Shown here: positions 43,618 to 49,235 of the stretch, in pieces
Position numbering within the stretch: the stretch's first letter is position 1
How the letters are laid out: each line of letters begins with the position of its first letter
Source: Nitrospirales bacterium
GTDB lineage: Bacteria > Nitrospirota > Nitrospiria > Nitrospirales > UBA8639
Reading direction: 5' to 3'
Assembly: GCA_022824735.1 (NCBI GenBank)
Contig: JAJDZI010000136.1
Location: 1-49,235 of the forward strand
DNA length: 49,235 nucleotides
Made by a program: the position numbers and the translations under genes
The notes under the pieces: generated by a model
Databases searched by the model: none
Seen by the model: the letters and a program-made list of their open reading frames with translations, nothing else
What the model was told of the DNA's origin: nothing

Positions 43618-45078
43618 ATGAACCCCGTTCTCTTCTTTCTTCTTGTGTTCCTCTTCTTCCAGCCTCATCCCGCGGGGGCGGGCATTGGCGACAAGCTCGA
43701 CGACTGGTTCAATAATCAGAATTTCAATACGTCCATCAGGCCGGGCGTGTATGAAACACAATCTGCCCGCTACGCCACCTTGGGCGGCATTTCCTACCGC
43801 GCGCCCATCACTGAGCCCTACCGCTTTCTCACGATTCAGACGCCACGCTTCTCTGCCGGCTGCGGGGGAATTGATCTTTACACCGGGGGCTTCTCCGTGA
43901 TGAATGCCAGCCAATTTGTGGACGCCCTGCGTGCTATTGGGCAAAACGCCGTGTCGTTGGCATTCATGCTCGCGATTCAAATTGTCTCCCCGCAATTGTC
44001 CGGCATCATGGAGGATATTCAGTCCTGGGCCAATGAGTACCTCACACTGGGCCTGGACTCATGCGAAGCCGCGACCAAACTCGTCGGGGGCGCCCTCGAA
44101 TTCTTTGGTCAAAAAGAAGGGAATTGTACCGTAAAGCGGATGCAAACAACCGGCGAAGATTACAACACCGCCAATCACTACTGCACGACCGGCGGACGCA
44201 TCAAATCCACTGAAGCGTCAGGCGGGGGTGAAGAGGATCAAATCGAATTTACCAAAGGCAATTTAACCTGGTTCGTCCTCATGCAAAATCCCTTCTTCAC
44301 GACCGACACGCAGTTTGCGGAACTTATCATGAACGTCGTCGGTACCGTGATCTATCGTGACGCCGGGTCAGGCGACACTGATCCCACTGCGCTCAGTCAC
44401 ATTCCAGCCGCCCTTAATGAAGACGGCACGCCCAACCCCAGCTTTGAAAATATGATTGCCGCCTTAATGTACGGGTCGGATGCAGCCGTTCAACTGCAAA
44501 TCTATCGCTGCCGGCCGGCGACGGGCACCCCCATGGGCTGCCAAACCATCCACGCCGACAGGCAATCCATCAACCCGGCGACGTGGGGAACCGGTCTTCA
44601 CGGTAAAATCAAAACCTTGGTTGAAAGCATCGTTTCAAAAATCCGGAGCGATACGGCTTTGACCGCGACCGAGACGGGCCTAATCGGAGCCAGCAAAATC
44701 CCTCTGTACCGCTTTCTCACCGCCGCCAGTGCCGCGTTTCCCAATGCGCCCGGCAGCAGCATCGACGTGACTGAACTCACGGACAAATATACTAACCTGT
44801 TCGCTCGCAATATCTTGCTGACGTCGCTGAATAACGTCCTTGGGATGGTCGAATTTCAGATCCTCAATCTTCCCAATAAAATGGCCGAAGCCGACAACGT
44901 AAAGAAATTTCATCCCCAACTTAAGGGCGCGATCAAGGGCGTCGCGGCGATGACGAAGGAGACCGAGGATGAGGCGGAACAGTATTTTGAGTTACTCAAA
45001 CAGATTCGGGAGTACGAGAAGGAAATCATGACCAATTTGGGTAAGGGCTTTATGCAGGCGGCCAGGTGGGGGCGCTAG
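43618..45078 (+). CDS. traH: Type-F conjugative transfer pilus assembly protein TraH
   Basis: Signal peptide. GGISYRAPI...PRFSAGCGGIDLYTGGFSVMNASQFVDALRAIGQNA is the conserved TraH core. 486 aa. Confidence 0.9.
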   Translation: MNPVLFFLLVFLFFQPHPAGAGIGDKLDDWFNNQNFNTSIRPGVYETQSARYATLGGISYRAPITEPYRFLTIQTPRFSAGCGGIDLYTGGFSVMNASQFVDALRAIGQNAVSLAFMLAIQIVSPQLSGIMEDIQSWANEYLTLGLDSCEAATKLVGGALEFFGQKEGNCTVKRMQTTGEDYNTANHYCTTGGRIKSTEASGGGEEDQIEFTKGNLTWFVLMQNPFFTTDTQFAELIMNVVGTVIYRDAGSGDTDPTALSHIPAALNEDGTPNPSFENMIAALMYGSDAAVQLQIYRCRPATGTPMGCQTIHADRQSINPATWGTGLHGKIKTLVESIVSKIRSDTALTATETGLIGASKIPLYRFLTAASAAFPNAPGSSIDVTELTDKYTNLFARNILLTSLNNVLGMVEFQILNLPNKMAEADNVKKFHPQLKGAIKGVAAMTKETEDEAEQYFELLKQIREYEKEIMTNLGKGFMQAARWGR

Positions 45079-45104
45079 GGAGGTCATGAGCCATTAACTG
45101 GGAA

Positions 45105-48100
45105 GTGATTGCCTACGGCTCCGGCGATTTTCTTCGGATGGTCTTTACGGCAGTGGCCTCGATTTTCGGCAACGCCAATTACATCGCCGCCGTGCAGACC
45201 GCCTTCTTCCTCGGGTTCTTGACTCTGTTCATCAAGGGTGCGATCAATCAAGACATCATGTCCGGCGTAAAGTGGTTCATGATGGTCCTGGTGCTCAATT
45301 TCGCCTTGCTTGTCCCGAAAACCACCGTCGTCATCAACGACCGGGTCCTGCCGTCGGCGTCGGCCGTTGTCAATAATGTTCCCATCGGCCTTGCGGCGAC
45401 GGCCGGGTTCTTTTCTTATACCGGAGATTGGTTTTCGCGGGCATTTGAAACCGTCTTTACCGTTCCGAACGCCGTCCGCTACACCCAGAACGGCCTACTC
45501 TTCGGCCACAAGGTGCTTGAGGCCTCGCGAACGATGGTCATCCCCGACGAACGCACGTATCTGAATTTCACGGAATTCTTTTCCTCGTGCGTCGTTGTCG
45601 ACGGCGTCGGCCACGGCCGGTTTTCCTGGGAGGACGTGCTGGAGGCCAATGACCTGCTTGCCTTCTTTGGCACAAACGTGGCGCAACATGCGGCTCGGTT
45701 CAAATACGTGACCGGGTCCGGCATCCAGCAAATTCTCCCCTGCCGGTCCGGATTCGCCGGATCTTTACAGCCTGATCTCCAAGCCATCACCGACAATATC
45801 ATGCACACCGGCATCCGGGGGTTCATCGCCAATAACAGCACCGTCACCGCGGCGCTCACCAAATACAAGAATGATCTTCCTCCCGCGATCCTCTATCTCA
45901 CCGGCATGACGATTACTCCCGAAGCCCTTGTGCTGCAAAGCTCACTCAGCAACACCATGGGCAATGCGATCCTGAAAATGGCCCGTTCGGTGGATGACGC
46001 CACCTTCGCCACTCAATACGCCCGGCAATGGGCTGAAAACGAGCGTCGTACCACCTATCAGACCATGGGCCGGATCGCGGAGGAAAAATTGCCGCTCTTG
46101 CGGGCCCTGATCGAAGCCTTTCTCTATGCCATCTTTCCCATTATCACGCTGACTGCCCTGATCTTGCCCACCGCCGTCCCGTTCACGTACGTCACGACCC
46201 TGCTTTGGATCAATCTTTGGCCGCCGCTTTATGCCATCCTCAATTTCTTCATCTCGTATTACACCAAGGGTGTCCTCACGGAATTGAGCAGCATCTACGG
46301 AAACGGCTTTAATGCCATGGCCAATACGCAACTCACGGAGTACGTCAGCGACATGGTCGCCACGTCGGGCTATCTCGTCTCCTCTCTTCCGATCATCGCC
46401 TGGATGCTCGTCTCCCGATCCGGAGCCCTCGCGGCCATGGCCGTCTCCCGTATCATGCAGGGCTATGACACCTCCGTGGGCCATGCCGCCGAGCAGATCA
46501 CTCGAGGCGAAGGCGAAATGGGCGGAGTCCAATGGCGTGAAACGAATGCGCATGGCAGCTTTGGCCCGGTCGTTGCCGGTCTCTCACCGGACAATACTAT
46601 TCAAACCTCCGCTCTCTCGCCCAAGGGCGACTTTGTCACGTGGACCGCCAAGGGCCAACCCTACTTCAAACAAATTGAATCCGACGCCGTTGTCGACTTC
46701 AATCTCGGCAAGGAAATGACCGCTCAAACCTCCCAGGAACTGACCAGGGCCGTCAGCCAGGTTGCGCAATCGCGGGAGGCCTGGGTCGAATCCACAACCC
46801 ATCTTGGAGAAGAAGTCGCTTCGCTCGCCGATAAGACCGGGGAGCAAACCGTCGTTGGCGAGAATATCTCCGAGTCCCATGGTTCCATTCATGACCAATT
46901 CACCAAAACCGTCAATCACGCGGTTGAACAATTCTCGCACCGCAATTCGCTTGATCTTTCTGAAAGCGACAAAACCGGCATTTCCGCTGCCGTGCAAGCC
47001 GAACTCGGCTTCACCTTGGGAGTGGGCTCCGGCATTCACACGGACGGCGCGGGTTCCGGAAATCTTCACGTTGATTCCGAGGAAAGCCGGACCCGCTCTG
47101 ATATGCAGGACTATACCGACAAGTTCCTGCGGAGTGAGGAGTTCGGGAGTGCCGTGCGCACCAGTGCCAACTATGCCCTCGCTTACTCGAAGAATATCAC
47201 CGACTCCGAGGGCAAAGAATTCGTCTCTGCCGTCCGCAATGCGTTGCATGAACAGGAAGACCATCAAAAAGAATATGCTCAATCCACGATGGAACTTGAA
47301 GACGCCCGTGAGCGACACCAGCAAGCCGTCGCGCTCAAGGAACATATCACCGTCAATGGAATCGACGCGATCAAAAATCACGCCATCCACAATGAACGCA
47401 TGTCCCCCGACCGGTTTCTTCAACTCCTTCATGACGTGAGTGACGGCAACTATGCCGCTACTCAGCGACTTCTCCATATGGACGAAACCATGCGTCAACA
47501 TGGAGTCATGCCGCTCGTCGGCAATAACGTCAGCGGGCTCGCGGAGAACTTTGTTCCCGCAGGCAGCATTGAATCAATGCGCACTGATCCTCGCGAGTCT
47601 TATGAAGATAATCCCGTCACCGGTGAATTCAACGTGGCAGCCAAAGGCTTCATCCCCTCTGAAGTCACTGACCAAATTCGCCAGGATCAAAGCCACGTGG
47701 CCGACGCCATCGCCGCGTCACAGGAATCCGAGGGCGCACAACGCATCCAACAAGGGGAACACAACCTGAATGGCCCTCTTCACCACCACGAACAAATGCT
47801 GGATACCCTCCAGGATGTTCGCGCCGGAACCCTCGACACCATCGAAAGCCTGACTCACGGTCCATGGACTGTCTCCCAGGAGGCCGCCGGTTTTCTGGGC
47901 GGGGCCACCGGCCGCGCAGAAGCCATGCAATCGTTCTCCAATACCATACAATCGCTCTCTGGCTCTCCTGGCATGCTCCAAGACAGTTCTGCGCTCTACC
48001 AGGGCTCCGGCCAAACACCGTCAGTGAATGAACCGGCAACTCCGCCCCTCGATCATCAATCCACCACCCTATCGGCCGGCGAGGGACCCACAACCGACGT

Positions 48101-48977
48101 GGGAACCCCACCACCTGAACCGCCCCCGTTTCAGAGTATCAACCGGCCGGATGCCGGCATAGCTGAATCCCGGAATCCGGACACCGCATTCGGCGGCGGC
48201 AATCCCATGCCCGGAGGCATTTCTCCCAGCGGGATCGAGCAGGACACCGCCGGCCTTCTCGTGGGGAGCGCAAGTGAATCGCCGCCTATCATCAGAGATC
48301 CCATCGGTGCCGGAGCGGGCATTGCCGCGGACAGACCGACGCTCGACTCCCCTCACCCACGAATTCCGGACTCCGGGTTTTCTTCGGCTGCTCCCGGCAC
48401 CGCAGGCATCACGTCAGCCGGCATCGAGCAGGAATCGGGAGCCATCTACCAGGGTGCCGGCGTTGACCGTCCCACCCTTCGACCTCCCGAAGAAGCCGCT
48501 ACAGGACGAACGCAACTTCTCGCTTCAATCATGGGGCATGAAGACTTGAGCTTCACGCCCTATCCCGACGGAGGCGGTTTCTCGATCGGCTACGGACACA
48601 GCCTCACTCACAACGGCACCACGTTCGCCGACGGCACACCCATTCCCGATACATTGACTCCTGACCAAGCCGAACGTTTACTTCAAGAAGATCTCGCACA
48701 GGCCGAGCATGATGCTCGATCCTTGGTTAGCGATGAACGATGGGATTCTCTCAGCGAAGTCCGAAAGGGCGTCATGATCGAACTCGCTTATCAGCACGGT
48801 TACGACAATACAAAAGAATTTGAACAATTCTTTGACGCTATTGAACAAGCAGACTGGCAACGCGCGGCAGGGGAACTCATTGACAGTGATACCTTTAAAA
48901 CAGAAGCCACGTCTGCCCGCATGGCAACCCTTGCCACGCGTATGGCTACCGACGACTGGGAGAAAGGCTTAGCCTGA
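45105..48977 (+). CDS. traG: TraG (F-type mating-pair stabilisation protein, TraG_N membrane domain) fused to a long repeat-rich linker and a C-terminal T4-lysozyme-like (GH24) muramidase domain
   Basis: GTG start. The N-terminal about 470 aa is polytopic and TraG_N-like ([19 protein letters not shown]...). Pro/Gly/Ser-rich repeats lie at about 47990-48510. The C-terminal 48513-48974 aligns by eye along the whole of T4 lysozyme: [21 protein letters not shown] vs [32 protein letters not shown] vs [30 protein letters not shown] vs YDSLDAVRRAAIINMVFQMG. Confidence 0.85.
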   Translation: [1290 protein letters not shown]

Positions 48978-49235
48978 CGGTGCAATCTCAAAAAAATATC
49001 CTCGCCCACGGGGAACGATCGGGTAATCGACGATTTGATGGAAGTACTCGGGCCACACATGGAGATCATTCGCGGCAACCTCAATCGCCCTTCCCTTACT
49101 CTTCAAACGATCCGCTTGCAGAGCCAAGCAGAACGGCTCGCATGGTTGGCGGAACAATTGCCCGCTCTTCCGGGTCACGGGATCATTTATACACTCACGG
49201 TTCGTGATGCGGAACAAGTCAGTGAATGGCTTGGG
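48978..49235 (+). pseudogene. 5'-truncated RecQ-family DNA helicase fragment (runs off the window)
   Basis: The reading frame after the traG stop encodes ..SSPTGNDRVIDDLMEVLGPHMEIIRGNLNRPSLTLQTIRLQSQAERLAWLAEQLPALPGHGIIYTLTVRDAEQVSEWLG. This is co-linear with the RecQ segment TATA..-DI..LG-..FDRPNL..-GIIY..T...E..A.WL. There is no room upstream for helicase motifs I-II. The first in-frame start candidates are TTG 49035 and ATG 49038. Confidence 0.6.

Larger units (their letters stand above)
31359..48977 (+). mobile_element. F-type (MPF-F) conjugative pilus / type IV secretion gene block of an ICE or integrated plasmid; boundaries not defined within the window
   Basis: 17 co-oriented, mostly overlapping genes in F-plasmid order: traA-L-E-K-B-V-C, trbI, peptidase, traW-U, trbC, traN-F-H-G. 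No relaxase, coupling protein or integrase is present in the window. Confidence 0.75.

Noticed and set aside
48969-49217. ORF-track entries 48980-49207 (+, 75 aa) and 48969-49217 (-, 82 aa).
   Set aside because: Neither shows a family-like sequence. A third frame on the plus strand carries clear RecQ-family motifs through the same region and runs off the window.

Overview
High-GC bacterial segment. I saw no rRNA, tRNA or CRISPR array. It divides into four blocks. (1) 1-3.1 kb: a Phd/YefM-VapC toxin-antitoxin pair and a GyrB/ParE-type topoisomerase B subunit. (2) 3.3-17.1 kb: one 10.3-kb type I PKS gene (KS-AT-DH-cMT-ER-KR-ACP-KS-AT) that is more GC-rich than its neighbours. It has no thioesterase. 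Three catalytic centres carry disabling substitutions: KR Tyr->His, KS2 His->Asn, and AT2 GHSLG->GRGLG plus a deletion. A convergent free-standing ACP, an alpha/beta hydrolase and a divergent orphan SagB-type dehydrogenase follow it. (3) 17.2-22.4 kb: housekeeping and redox genes, namely a small membrane peptide, a PuuD-like membrane protein, an OMP, a rubrerythrin-like protein, an HdrD/GlpC-like Fe-S protein, DUF3501, ErpA and a double-domain QueD. (4) 22.4-49.2 kb: apparently accessory DNA. It opens with a scar of Fic and DUF1524 gene fragments. Next is an NHLP-leader RiPP locus. Its precursor ends in a double-Gly site and the 10-residue core LPWCSSGGCW. Two uncharacterised co-transcribed ORFs follow, and the classical three-gene NHLP exporter (HlyD, C39-peptidase ABC, cNMP-domain ABC) sits on the opposite strand. 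No known maturase family is visible. Back-to-back with the exporter is a complete F-type (MPF-F) conjugative pilus/T4SS operon: OmpA-like lipoprotein, traA-L-E-K-B-V-C, trbI, S26 peptidase, traW-U, trbC, traN-F-H-G. Its TraG carries a C-terminal T4-lysozyme-like (GH24) domain. The window ends in a 5'-truncated RecQ-family helicase fragment abutting the traG stop. The best candidate for something undescribed is the NHLP RiPP locus with its GRDP-like His-rich protein and 367-aa unknown protein as putative new tailoring enzymes, apparently carried as cargo next to a conjugation module. All family assignments come from reading motifs by eye. No database search was run.
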